Part shown: in pieces, positions 1-11,630 of the stretch
How the letters are laid out: every line of letters starts with the position of its first letter
How positions within the stretch are numbered: the stretch's first letter is position 1
Source: Heterodontus francisci
Taxonomy: Eukaryota
Length of the DNA stretch: 64,000 nucleotides
Assembly: GCF_036365525.1 (NCBI RefSeq)
Contig: NC_090401.1
Coordinates: 42,740,683-42,804,682 of the forward strand
Direction: 5' to 3'
Notes under the pieces: model-generated
What the model saw: only the letters and a program-made list of their open reading frames with translations
What the model was told of the DNA's origin: nothing
Database searches by the model: none
Program-made: the position numbers and the translations under genes

Positions 1-328
1 CAGTTACATGGCAGGTGAACACAGCTCATATGAAAATGAAAGAATATCTTGGATGATTTATGAGTGTGGCTGTAGAAGGAGTAAGCAGCTTGGTTTATAA
101 TTAGAATCCTGAGCAAGAAGTGGAGCTTTGGCTCAGCGATGCTGTTCCATTCAACTTTCTGTTTATTTCATCATGGATTTCTTTCTACTCCCTGCTCAAC
201 CTGGGTACCGCTGTATTATACAGTGAAATCCCTCATCTGAGGGGAGAATGCAGGAATTAGCAGCAAGAAAGGTTGTTGATTAATGAACAGCAGTGAATGT
301 TCCAAGCTAAGAATAGCTTCCGAGGCGC

Positions 329-448
329 AAAAATCCCGACAGCACCTGATACTCCCAATGGCTCCTGGTATTCTCAATGAATCCTGGTATTTCTAGGCAG
401 TCGCCCATCCAAGTACTAAACAGGGTTGACTCTGCTTAGCTTCCGAGA
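329..448 (-). pseudogene. 5'-truncated 5S rRNA pseudogene with an internal 19-bp triplication
   Basis: Reverse complement reads TCTCGGAAGCTAAGCAGAGTCAACCCTGTTTAGTACTTGGATGGGCGACTGCCTAGAAATACCAGG...GGTGCTGTCGGGATTTTT. This matches vertebrate 5S rRNA from about nt 42 to the 3' end, including boxes A and C and a T-run. Confidence 0.85.
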
Positions 449-469
449 ATGCATGTTTAAAAAAATTAT

Positions 470-684
470 GATTCTGAGGGTCATGAGTCTTTGGAACACT
501 CTTCCTCAAAAGGTGGTGGAAGCAGAGTCTGAATATTTTTAAGGCAGAGGTTGATAGATTCTTGATAAACAAGGGGGTGAAAGGTTATTGAGGGTAGGTG
601 AAATGTAGAGTTGAGGTTACAATCAGATCAGCATGATCTTATTGAATGGCAGAGTAGGCTCTGGGTGGCCTACTCCTCCTAAAT
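470..684 (+). mobile_element. CR1 LINE 3' end fragment
   Basis: Tail GATCAGCATGATCTTATTGAATGGCAGAGTAGGCTC...GGCCTACTCCT resembles the CR1 tails at 5170-5250 and 27580-27660. Confidence 0.8.
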
Positions 685-685
685 C

Positions 686-1007
686 CGGCCTCACAGCTCC
701 AGCAACCCGGGTTCAATTCCGGGTACTGCCTGTGTGGAGTTTGCAAGTTCTCCCTGTGTCTGCGTGGGTTTCCTCTGGGTGCTCCGGTTTCCTCCCACAT
801 GCCAAAGACTTGCAGGTTGATAGGTAAGTTGACCATTATAAATTACCCTGTGTATAGGTAGATGGTAGGGAAATATAGGGACAGGTGGGGATGTGGTAGG
901 AATATGGGATTAGTGTAGGATTAGTATATATGGGTGGTTGATGGTCGGCGCAGACTCGGTGGGCCGAAGGGCCTGTTTCAGTGCTGTATCTCTAAACTAA
1001 ACTAAAC
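686..1007 (+). mobile_element. HE1-like V-SINE (tRNA-derived), 5'-truncated
   Basis: B-box GGTTCAATTCC, V-domain GTGTGGAGTTTGCAAGTTCTCCCTGTGTCTGCGTGGGTTTCC...CTCCGGTTTCCTCCCAC, LINE-type tail ending (CTAAA)n. Confidence 0.85.
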
Positions 1008-1029
1008 CAATTCGTATGTTCGTTTTCCA

Positions 1030-2430
1030 TGTAGAATATCCTCTTTTCTCCCATCCCACTCAGTTTATAAAAATGCTCAAACCAACTTGTATTTGATGTC
1101 TGAAGAAATCTCTCCACCCATTTGAGTCTAAAGAATTTTTCTTGAAATCAGTGTCTGGGAAATTTCGCTCTCCTTGATCCCTCTTTCCAATGATGGTATT
1201 GTAAGCAACCAAGGTTGGTGTCCCTTCCTGGAAAAACCTCACACAAGCCTCTTGGATGGACTTGTCTTGCCCATCCAAAGGTATCCTCCACCATCAATAT
1301 GTACCATAGTTTGGAGAACTGACACCACTGCCACACATCTTTGGACTTTAAAATGTGTTTACTCCCATCTTCCCAAAATCTTCTTAATTATCCTAACCAT
1401 CAGTTCCCAATTAAACTGTGTCCCTGTCTTCTTGCCCCTCCATATGAAGCCTCAGAAACTCCACCACCTTACAGGACTTTCCTCCAACCAGTCCCACCCC
1501 CTCTCCCCCCCAACCCTTCCCACAACAAGGCACGAGGATTTACTATAGTTCTCTCTGACTCCCGAAGCTCTACAGTACTCCTCCAATACTCAGCTTTCCT
1601 CATCAAGTCACCATCTCTCAAAGTTAAAGTTGTGTCATCCACATATTGGTATATCACTGAGACCAATGTGGAACTAGGAACACAATTCTAGTTACTCAAT
1701 ATTCGTGCATTACTCAGTCTAACCCAGAACTGGGAACACAATTCCGATTACTCCATTGTCTTTCTGCATCATATAGACCAATGATTCTTCTACCACTGTG
1801 TATAGCAATGGGGACAGGGGACCACACTGTCTAACTGACCCCTGTATCGTAAAATATTTTGATTGAAAAAAAAACATTGGATTTAACACTGCTAAAAATA
1901 TTTGAATCAACTATCCTTATCCATGCAATTTTTTTCTAAAGCCCTAAATAAAAACTCATGAGAGATCCTATTGAAGGCTTTCTCTTGATCTATCCTCAAC
2001 ACACAGCTTCCCACCCACTATCATCAGCTCTAACATATCTCGGGTTGAGACCACTGAGTCTGCGATGTCCTAGCCTATAACTCAATAGCACTGAAGGGCA
2101 AAACAGTGCCATCACCTCCTTCATACGATTTGCCATAACCCTTCCCAAGATTCTACAGTCCACATTCAATAATTCCAATTCTTTAAATCCCATCTATTCC
2201 CTTTATTTTTAAAGCCAAGCTTATAATACCTCTAAGAGAAAGAGACTTAAAATCTGAAAATTCTTTATAAAATTCTACTGTTAGTCCATCAGATGCTGGG
2301 ATCCCCCCCTTTCAATCCACTTATTGCTACTTTTGTTTTGGCTACTACTACATCTTTGTCACGAGCTTCCCTCATCCTCCTTCAAATCCTCAAATAAAAC
2401 TTTCTCCATCTCCAACATGGAAATGCTTTT
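1030..2430 (-). mobile_element. Degraded L1/Tx1-like LINE, reverse transcriptase region
   Basis: Minus-strand ORF fragments LLNVDCRILGRVMANRMKEVM, GSVRQCGPLSPLLY and YQYVDDTTL are L1/Tx1-type RT motifs, broken by frameshifts. Confidence 0.75.
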
Positions 2431-2685
2431 TGTTCGCTACAAGTCTTGATAAAAGTTGGTGGGGCAGGAGAGCCAGAATGTTGAGGCAGAGAGGAGAGAT
2501 AATGTGCATAGAAAATCAGGAGGAACTGAAAGCACAGAATAAAGAATAGTGTAGAAAGCATAAATTAGATGGAGGAAGAAAAAAAAATTAATAGCATAGT
2601 GTTGTAATGCATGTATATTCATGTGAGGAGTGTCACAAATAAGGTTGATGAGCTTCAGTTCAAGTTGCCACATGGGGTTATGATA

Positions 2686-2990
2686 TAAAAACAAAATGTT
2701 GGAAATACTCAGCAGGTCTGGTAGCATATGTGGAGAGAGAAACATAGTTAACATTTCAGGTTTGTGACCTTTCATCAAAAGTTAGTGATCTAACAGGTTT
2801 TAAGCAAGTACAGAACCGTGGGAAGGGAGGGGGAAAACAAAAGGGAAGATCTTATTGGGGTGGAGAGCAGGAGGGATTAAATGAAAAAAGGGATGATGGT
2901 GTAAGGCAAAGGGAGATGTTAATGGGACAAGTAAAGAAACATAAATGGGTCTAGAGGAAGTGTAAATGGGAGTGTTACAAATAAGGTTGA
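2686..2990 (-). mobile_element. Penelope-like terminal fragment with degenerate hammerhead core
   Basis: Same family as 6342-6650. Minus strand reads TTGATGA-AAGGTC-ACA-AACCT-GAAA-TGTT-AACT. Confidence 0.6.
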
Positions 2991-3107
2991 AGAACTGCAG
3001 GCACAAGTTGCCACATGGGGTTGTGATAAAGTGACTGCGATGCAGACTTGGCTTAAACATGAACAGAAATGGGAACTAAACATTTCTGACTTCAATGTAT
3101 TCTGGGG

Positions 3108-3695
3108 AGGTGTTGGGGTAGTGGTAATGTCACTGGACTAGTATTCCAAAATGCTCTGGGGTAAAGGCCTGCTCAGGTCTGCAGATAAAAACCTGACCCG
3201 AGTCCTTTCTCCCACGCCCAACCCGACCATAAGTTAACTTATCTTCTGTTTTTCACTTTCTTGCTAATCTGCAGAAGTTTAAATTAACTGTAACAAAACC
3301 ACCTTTCTAGTCCAAAAATTAAATTAACAGTGGAACCTGTGATAGAGAGTGCCCGACCCAAACCGAACTGAACCCGGAAATGCAACCCGACCTGAACCCG
3401 ACACGTCATCAGGTCCCGTCGGGTTTGGGTCAGGTAGCAGGCCTTTACTCTGGGGCCATGGGTTCAAATCCCACCACAGCAGATGGTGAAATTTGAATTC
3501 AATTAACAAATCTGGAATTAAAAAGTTAGTCTAATAGTGTTGATTGTTGTAAAATGCCGTTACCTGGTCTGACTCCTGATCCACAGCAATGCGCTTTACT
3601 CTTAAAATGTCCTCTGAAATGGCCTAGCAAGCACTTAGAAGGGCAATAAATGCTGGCCTAGCCAGCGATGCCCACATTCCCACAAACGAATAAAA
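3108..3695 (+). mobile_element. tRNA-derived SINE interrupted by a MITE
   Basis: A-box-like GGGGTAGTGG, B-box GGTTCAAATCCC, and tail GGGCAATAAATGCTGGCCTAGCCAGCGATGCCCACAT. Split at a duplicated CTCTGGGG. Confidence 0.75.
3162..3447. mobile_element. hAT-superfamily MITE
   Basis: 12-bp TIR TAAAGGCCTGCT/AGCAGGCCTTTA, perfect 8-bp TSD CTCTGGGG (3154-3161, 3448-3455), subterminal ACCCGA repeats. Confidence 0.9.
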
Positions 3696-3744
3696 TAATT
3701 GGAGGGGATAGGGAAGAAAAAAAGACAGGAGGGGAATGCCAGTA

Positions 3745-5250
3745 TTGATCAAGGATAATATTGCAGCTCTATTGGTCATCTTCCAAGATTCTATAGACTC
3801 TGGAACAGTTCCTACAGATTGGAGGGTAGCTAATGTAAGGGAGGTGGAGCGAAAGCAGGGAATTATAGCCCAGTCAGCCTGACGTCAGTAGTGGAGAAAA
3901 TTCTAGAGTCCAGTTTCAAAGATTTTATAGCAGAGCACTTGGAGAACAGTGGTAGAATCAGGCAGAGTCAGCATGGATTTACAAAATGGAAATCATGCTT
4001 GACAAATCTACTAGAATTCTTCGAAGATGTAGCTAGTAGAGTTGATGAGGGGGAGCCAGTGGATGTGGTTTATTTGGATTTTCAGAAGGCTTTCGACAAA
4101 GTCCCACATAAGAGATTAGCATGTAAAATTAAAGCCCATGGGATTGGGGGTAGTGTATTGCGATGGATAGAAGATTGGTTGGCGGACAGGAAACAAAGAG
4201 TAGGGATAAATGGGTCTTTTTCCGAATGGCAGGCAGTGACTAGTGGGGTACTGCAGGGATCGGTGCTAGTATCCCAGTTATTCACAATATATATTTATGG
4301 TTTAGATGAGGAAACTAAATGTAATATCTCCAAATTTGCAGATGAGACAAAACTGCGTGGGAGGGTGAGTTGTGGGGAGGATGTAGAGAGGCTTCAGGGT
4401 GATTTGGACAAGTTGAGTGAGTGGGCTAATGCATGGCAGATGCAGTATAATGTGGATAAATGTGAGGTTATCCACTTTGGTAGCAAAAACAGGAAGGCAG
4501 ATTATTATCTGAACGGCTGTAAACTGAGAGAGGGGAATATGCAGCGAGACCTGGGTGTTCTCGTACCCCAGTCGCTGAAGGTAAGCATGCAGATGCAACA
4601 GGCAGTAAAAAAGCCAAATGGTATGTTGGCCTTCATAGCGAGAGGATTCAAGTACAGAAGCTGCAATTATATAGGGCCTTGGTGAGGCCACACCTGGAAT
4701 ATTGTGTGCAGTTTGGTCTCCTTATCTGAGGAAGGATGTTCTTGCTATAGAGGGAGTGCAGCGAATGTTTACCAGACTGATTCCTGGGATGACGGGATTG
4801 ACATATAAGGAGAGATTGAGTCGGTTAGGATTATATTTGCTGGAGTTCAGGAGAGTGAGGGGGGATCTCTTAGAAACCTATAAAATTCTAACAGGACTTG
4901 ACAGGGTAAGATGCAGGAAGCATGTTCCTGATGGTGGGGGAGTCCAGAACCAGGGGGTCATAGTCTAAGGATATGGGGTAGACCTTTCAGGACTGAGATG
5001 AGGAGAAATTTCTTCACCCAGAGAGTGGTGAGCCTGTGGAATTCGCTACCACAGAAAACAGTTGAGGCCAAAACATTGTATGTTTTCAAGAAAGAGTTAG
5101 ATATAGCTCTTGGGTCTAAAGGGATCAAAGGGTATCAGGCGAAAGCCGGAACAGGCTACTGAGTTGGATGATCAGCCATGATCATAATGAATGGCGGAGC
5201 AGGCTCGAAGGGCCGAATGGCCTACTCCTGCTCCTATTTTCTATGTTTCT
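3745..5250 (+). mobile_element. CR1 LINE, 5'-truncated (RT domain and 3' tail)
   Basis: ORF 3891-4685 contains QHGFTKWKSCLTNL, VYLDFQKAFDKV, QGSVL and KFADET. Tail ...CCTACTCCTGCTCCTATTTTCTATGTTTCTA. Confidence 0.93.
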
Positions 5251-5254
5251 ACAG

Positions 5255-6340
5255 AAGGACAGTATACTAGAGGGTTCAAAGACTTGAATCTATTCAGTTA
5301 AGAGAAAAGGAGTTTTTCCCATTTACAGCTTGTGTTGTTCATTCAATGCAATATATTAAATAAATCACAATTAAATGCTTCCATTTTTACCATTATCCAG
5401 AAAAATCTCCCCTCAGTCCTTGTCCACTAAGGCAATGTTCTATTTTAGGGACAGACGCACCAATATAGCCACTCCTTTATGGTTATTGTTTGCGCAGCTT
5501 GCAAACACCTCTCCTTTTCAAACCTCCCACACTCTTCCTAGGATATCCTCTTCCCAAAAGGTTTCTTACAGAGCAGGTCAGTGCCTTTAATACATAGCAA
5601 CAACTGTTGCAATTTCTTCTCACCCCTCATTCTTTTAACATTTAATCAAGCCTAATGGGTTCATGGCCCCGACCAAAAGAAGTGTGGCTAATAATCCTTC
5701 CATCATTCAATCTCTGGCCCTTCCCTCCTCCTCAACAACAACCACTTTCTTTTATATAGCACCTTTAAAGTAGCACAATGTCCCAAGGTGCTTCCTTCTT
5801 GCACGCTCCTTCCTAACTCCTCAAGGAGCTGCTCCCCACAGTCCCACCGCTTTCTCTGGCTCCTTTTCACCACCTATCATAACATTTCTTGCTGTTTCAG
5901 CCCCTTCCTTACATTAGATTTGGGCTGAGGAACTGCCTCCTCGACCTTCCTTGTGCCCTCACTAACATCCTGTCGTTCCACACAATGGCACCTCACCTCC
6001 CCATTCCATGTCTCTGATTGCTTGAATTCTTCTAATAACTTACTCTCAGGCCTTAATGTAACCTCCTGTTCCTTCCCCACATCAAGTGAATCATCTCCCT
6101 TGGAGAGCCCTCCTGTTCACAGTTTATTCAACAATGCCGCTCTCTTCAGTCTCCGCCTCACTGCTAGCCGTTTTCTTTTTCTGGGCTAATGGCCCCTCTT
6201 CCCCTTTCTTACTCCGGTTCAGTGGTTTAGTCTGCTCTTTCCCCTCGCTGTATCTCTCCATTCCCAACACCCTCGGAGTGGCCAACTCTCCATCTGGCTG
6301 CTGTTTATGGACCACCTCCCTCCAGCCTCCCTGGGATTCA
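5255..6340 (-). mobile_element. Probable 5' part (APE/ORF1 remnants) of the L1/Tx1-like element
   Basis: Minus strand encodes HKGVAILV near 5455-5482, an L1-type endonuclease motif. It is colinear with the RT remnant at 1030-2430. Confidence 0.45.
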
Positions 6341-6341
6341 T

Positions 6342-6785
6342 AAACAGAAAATGCTGGAAATACTTAGCAGGTCAGGCAGCATCTGTGGAGAGAGAAACAG
6401 AGTTAATGTTTCAGGTCTGTTACCTTTCATCAGAACTGCCAATAGTTAGAAATGTAATAGGTTTTGAGTAAGTGAAAGAGGGTTGGTTGGGAAGAACAAA
6501 AGGGAAGTTCTATGATAGGGTGGAGGACAGGAGAGAATAAATGACAAAAGGTTTCATGGTACAGAACCAAAGGGAATGATAGGTATAATTAAAGAAACAA
6601 AAGATGTGTCTGGATGAGGTAAAAGGAGAAAGAAACAAGAGGGAAAATCTTAGAAATGTAAGGTCACACAGAACTGAAATGTTAACTCTGTTTCTCTCTC
6701 CACAGATGCTGCCTGATCTGCTGAGTGTTTCCGGTATGTTCTGTTTTTCTTTCAGATTTCCAGCATCTGCAGTATTTTATTTTTT
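6342..6785. mobile_element. Penelope-like element remnant with inverted terminal copies
   Basis: 6342-6420 and about 6670-6750 are reverse complements. The minus strand of 6401-6437 carries a hammerhead core. Confidence 0.65.
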
Positions 6786-6787
6786 AT

Positions 6788-7232
6788 TCCAGTTCTGGTT
6801 TCCGTGGAATCCGGTCCTGGTTTTACTGTGGGGGGGGGGGGGGGGCAGTTCCAGTCACCCTGGGATCCAGTCCCTGTTTTCATGGGATCGAGCTCCAGCC
6901 ATCCTGGGATCCGGTCCTGTTTTCCGATGAAGGGTCACTGACCCGAAACTTTAACTCTGCTTCTCTTTTCACAGATGCTGCCAGACCTGCTGAGTGGTTC
7001 CAGCATTTATTGTTTTTATTTCTGTTTTCCCTGGGATTCGGTCCTGTTTTCCCCGGGATCCAGCTCCAGTCACTCTGGTATCCAGTCCTGTTTTCCCCGG
7101 GATCCAGCTCCAGTCACTCTGGGAGCCGGTCCTGTTTTCCCCGGGATCCAGCTCCAGTCACTCTGGTATCCAGTCCTGTTTTCCCCGGGATCCAGCTCCA
7201 GTCACTCTGGGATCCCGTCCCGGTTTCCATGG
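6788..7232. repeat. 44-bp minisatellite interrupted by a Penelope-like terminus (about 6921-7025)
   Basis: Unit TCCTGTTTTCCCCGGGATCCAGCTCCAGTCACTCTGG(T/G)ATCC(A/G)G starts at 7042, 7086, 7130 and 7174. Degenerate units lie to the left. Confidence 0.9.
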
Positions 7233-7269
7233 TTTCCACTGTTCCAAAACTTCATTTCCCAGGATGCCT

Positions 7270-7420
7270 CTGGCCACGCCCACTCATTATATAAGCGGTT
7301 CTCAGATCACAGTCGCCGTGATTGGTGGGAGATGGCAGTGTGGGGCGGAGTCCATTAGTGATTGGGCAGTACTGCTGTCAGTTAATGCATGGGGTGGGGC
7401 GGGCGTGGTGACGCAGTTTG
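7270..7420 (+). promoter_or_regulatory. WDTC1: Putative WDTC1 CpG-rich promoter
   Basis: Two inverted CCAAT boxes (GATTGG near 7320 and 7360), GC boxes GGGGCGGAG (7342) and GGGGCGGGCG (about 7396), TGACG half-CRE near 7409, local CpG enrichment. Confidence 0.65.
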
Positions 7421-7521
7421 TGTGCGCGGCGAGCGGCCTAGTGGAGCCGGGACCGGGGACCGGCCTGAGCGAGTGGACTGTGCACTCAGCGGCTAGATGG
7501 AGGCGTTGGTAGAAGTGGCAG
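7410..7521 (+). other. WDTC1: Putative non-coding exon 1 of WDTC1 (start approximate)
   Basis: GC-rich segment after the promoter motifs, ending at donor GGCAG|GTAGGA (GT at 7522). A likely exon-2 acceptor TTTTTAG lies at 11741. Confidence 0.55.
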
Positions 7522-7691
7522 GTAGGAATGGCGCCTCCGATCCGCAGCTCACTATTATCTCGCGACTTGTGGCAGGGCCTGAGGCCTTGGCCTTGGCCTG
7601 ACATCGCAGTAGGGCCTTCGGACATTGCGAGCGGCGACAGCCCGGGCCCAACAGCGGTAGTAGGAATGCCAAGAGCTGAGTATCGTCTCAG

Positions 7692-9740
7692 CCCCCACCA
7701 TCTCCCCCCCCACACCCGTCATCTCTTCTTCCCCCCCCCCCCCCCACACCCGTCATCTCTTCCCCCCCCCCCACACCCGTCATCTCTTCCCCCCCCCCCA
7801 CACCCGTCATCTCTTCTTCCCCCCCCCCCACACCCGTCATCTCTTCTTCCCCCCCCCCCCCACACCCGTCATCTCTTCTTCCCCCCCCCCCCACACCCGT
7901 CATCTCTTCTTCCCCCCCCCCCCACACCCGTCATCTCTTCTTCCCCCCCCCCACACCCGTCATCTCTTCTTCCCCCCCCCCACACCCGTCATCTCTTCTC
8001 CCCCCCCCACACCCGTCATCTCTTCTCTTCTCCCCCCCCCCACACCGTCATCTCTTCTCCCCCCCCCACACCGTCATCTCTTCTCCCCCCCCCCCCACAC
8101 CCGTCATCTCTTCTTCCCCCCCCCCCACACCCGTCATCTCTTCTTCCCCCCCCCCCACACCCGTCATCTCTTCTTCCCCCCCCCCACACCGTCATCTCTT
8201 CTCCCCCCCCACACCCGTCATCTCTTCCCCCCCCCCACACCCGTCATCTCTTCTTCCCCCCCCCCCACACCCGTCATCTCTTCTCCCCCCCCCACACCCG
8301 TCATCTCTTCTCCCCCCCCCACACCCGTCATCTCTTCTCCCCCCCCCACACCCGTCATCTCTTCTCCCCCCCCCACACCCGTCATCTCTTCTCCCCCCCC
8401 CACACCCGTCATCTCTTCTCCCCCCCCCCCACACCCGTCATCTCTTCTCCCCCCCCACACCCGTCATCTCTTCTCCCCCCCCACACCCGTCATCTCTTCT
8501 CCCCCCCCACACCCGTCATCGTCATCTCTTCTTCCCCCCCCCACACCCGTCATCTCTTCTCCCCCCCCACACCCGTCATCTCTTCTCCCCCCCCCCCCAC
8601 ACCCGTCATCTCTTCTCCCCCCCCACACCCGTCATCTCTTCTCCCCCCCCACACCCGTCATCTCTTCTCCCCCCCCCCCCCCACCCGCCGTCGTCTCTTC
8701 TCCCACCCCCCCCCCACCCGTCGTCTCTTCTCCCACCCCCCCCCACCCGTCGTCTCTTCTCCCACCCCCCCCCACCCGTCGTCTCTTCCTCCTCCTCCTC
8801 CCCTCCCACCCCCCCCCACCCGTCGTCTCTTCCTCCTCCTCCTCCCCTCTCCCCCCCCACCCGTCGTCTCTTCCTCCTCCTCCCCCTCTCCCNNNNNNNN
8901 NNNNNNNNNNNNNNNNNNNNNNNNNNNNNNNNNNNNNNNNNNNNNNNNNNNNNNNNNNNNNNNNNNNNNNNNNNNNNNNNNNNNNNNNNNNNNNNNNNNN
9001 NNNNNNNNNNNNNNNNNNNNNNNNNNNNNNNNNNNNNNNNNNNNNNNNNNNNNNNNNNNNNNNNNNNNNNNNNNNNNNNNNNNNNNNNNNNNNNNNNNNN
9101 NNNNNNNNNNNNNNNNNNNNNNNNNNNNNNNNNNNNNNNNNNNNNNNNNNNNNNNNNNNNNNNNNNNNNNNNNNNNNNNNNNNNNNNNNNNNNNNNNNNN
9201 NNNNNNNNNNNNNNNNNNNNNNNNNNNNNNNNNNNNNNNNNNNNNNNNNNNNNNNNNNNNNNNNNNNNNNNNNNNNNNNNNNNNNNNNNNNNNNNNNNNN
9301 NNNNNNNNNNNNNNNNNNNNNNNNNNNNNNNNNNNNNNNNNNNNNNNNNNNNNNNNNNNNNNNNNNNNNNNNNNNNNNNNNNNNNNNNNNNNNNNNNNNN
9401 NNNNNNNNNNNNNNNNNNNNNNNNNNNNNNNNNNNNNNNNNNNNNNNNNNNNNNNNNNNNNNNNNNNNNNNNNNNNNNNNNNNNCCTCCTCCTCCCCCCC
9501 CACCCGTCGTCTCTTCCTCCTCCTCCTCCCCCCCTCCCCCCCTCCACCCGTCGTCTCTTCCTCCTCCTCCTCCTCCCCCCTCCACCCGTCGTCTCTTCCT
9601 CCTCCTCCCTCCACCCGTCGTCTCTTCCTCCTCCTCCTCCTCCTCCTCCCCCCCCACCCGTCGTCGCTTCCTCCTCCTCCTCCTCCCCCCCCACCCGTCG
9701 TCGCTTCCTCCTCCTCCCCCCCACCACCCGTCGTCTCTTC
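7692..9740. repeat. C-rich minisatellite (CACACCCGTCATCTCTT(CTT)Cn) spanning a gap
   Basis: Dozens of about 25-31-bp units with variable poly-C length. N-gap at 8893-9484. Confidence 0.95.
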
Positions 9741-11322
9741 ACTAGGGAAGAGGTACTGACCAAACTGATGGAGCTGTGGGCTGAAAATCCCCCAGGTCCT
9801 GATGGGCTTCATCGTAGGTTCTTAAAAGAGGTGGCTAATGAGGTGGTTGGTGTTAATTTTTCAAAATTCGCTAGGTTCTGGCAAGGTTCCATCAGACTGG
9901 AAAGTAGCAAATATAACCCCTCTATTCAAGAATTGGGGAAGGCAGAAAACGGGTAACTATAGGCCAGTTAGCTTGATGTCTGTCATGGGGAAGATGTTGG
10001 AATCAATCACTAAGGAGGCTGTAGCTGGGCACTGAGGAAAAACTCAAGGTAATCGGGAATAGTCAGCATGGCTTTGTGAAAGGGAGATCATGTTTAACTA
10101 ATCCATTAGCGCTCTTTGAAGGAATAACATGTGCCGTGGATAAAGGGAGCCTGTTGACTTACTGTACTTGGATTTCCAGAAGGCGTTTGACAAGGTGTCA
10201 CATAAAAGGTTATTGTACAAAGTAGGAGCTCATGGTGTAGTGGGTAACATATTAGCATGGATAGAAGATTGGTTGACTGACAGAAAACAGAGAGTATGCA
10301 TAAATGGGTCCTTTTCTGATTGGCAGGATGTGACGAGTGGAGTCCCACAGGGGTTTGTGCTGGGGCTTCAACCTTTTACAATTTATATCAATGACTTAGA
10401 TGAGGGGAGCAATGGCATGGTAGCTAAATTTACAGATGACACAAACATAGGTAGAAAATATATTGTGAAGAGGGCATAAGGAGCTTGCAGACCAATTTAG
10501 ATAGATTGAGTGGGCAAAAATCTGGCACGTGGAGTATAACGTGGGAAAAATGTGAAGTTGTTCACTTTGGCAGGAAGAATAAAAAAGTAGAGCATTTCTT
10601 AAACGGAGAACAACTGCAGAACTCAGAGTTGCAGAGGGATCCAGATGTTCTGTTGCTGGAGTCACAAAGTTAGTATGCAGGTACAGCAGGTAATAGAGAA
10701 GGCGAATGGAATGCGATCCTTTATTACGAGAGGAATTGAAAATAAAAGTAAGGCTGTTATGCTTCAATTATACAGGGCATTGGTGAGACCACATCTCGAG
10801 TACTGCGTGTAGTTTTGGTCTCCTTATTTAAGGAAGGATGTAAATGCGCTGGAGGCAGTTCAGAGGAGGTTTACTAGATTAATACCTGGAATGAGCAGGT
10901 TTTCTTATGAGGAAAGGTTGGACAGACTGGGTTTTTTTTCACTGGAGTTTAGAAGAGTGAGGGGAGACTTGATTGAAGTTTATAAGATCCTGAACAGCCT
11001 TGACAAGGTGGATGTGGAAAGGATGGTTCCTCTTGTGGGTGATGCCAGAACTAGGGGGCACTGTTTTAAAATTAGGGGTCGAATATTTAGGAGAAATAAG
11101 GAAAAACATTTTCTCTGAGTGTTGTGCGACTTTGGAACTCTCTCCTTCAGAAAGTGGTGGTGTCAGGGTCATTAATAGATAGATTCATGTGAGGCAAGGA
11201 AATCAAAGGTTATCTGGTAGATGGGAATGTGGAATTTGAGGCACAAACAGGTCAACCATGATACTGAATGGCAGAGCAGGCTAGAGGGGCCAAATGGCCT
11301 ACTTCTCCCAATTTGTATGTTT
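9741..11322 (+). mobile_element. CR1 LINE, 5'-truncated, degraded
   Basis: ORF fragments PGPDGLH, NYRPVSL, DFQKAFDKV, GVPQG and KFTDDT, followed by a CR1 tail. Confidence 0.92.
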
Positions 11323-11329
11323 GTACTTT

Positions 11330-11630
11330 CCACCCCCCACATCTGTCATCACCTTCTGTTCGCCCCCCACATCTGTCATCACCTTCTCTTTTCCCCCCCC
11401 CCCCCCCGTCTGCCATCGCCTTCTCTTACCCCCCACCCCCCGTCTGCCCGCGCCTTCTCTTCTCTCCCACCCGCCCCCCCGTCCGGCCGTGCCTTCTCTT
11501 CCGCCCCCGTCCGCCCGCCCGCCCCTTCTCTTCCGCCCCCGTCCACCCGCCCTCCCTCCGTCATCTCCTCGCCTCCCCCACCCCGCCCTTCCTCTCCTCT
11601 TACCCACTCCCCTGCCTCTGCCCGTCATTT
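11330..11630. repeat. C-rich low-complexity repeat related to the 7692-9740 array
   Basis: CCCCCCACATCTGTCATCACCTTCT and CCGTCATCTCC units. Confidence 0.7.

Noticed and set aside
329-448. Functional 5S rRNA gene or SINE3 head
   Set aside because: It lacks the first 40 or so nucleotides, has substitutions and an internal triplication, and ends in the native 3' end rather than a SINE body.
6725-7512. Overlapping 127-189 aa ORFs; possible CRISPR-like array
   Set aside because: This is a 44-bp head-to-tail minisatellite with no unique spacers, in a eukaryotic context.
7528-9812. 743-aa Pro-rich (extensin-like) ORF and Gly-rich antisense ORFs
   Set aside because: Artefacts of the C-rich minisatellite and the assembly gap.
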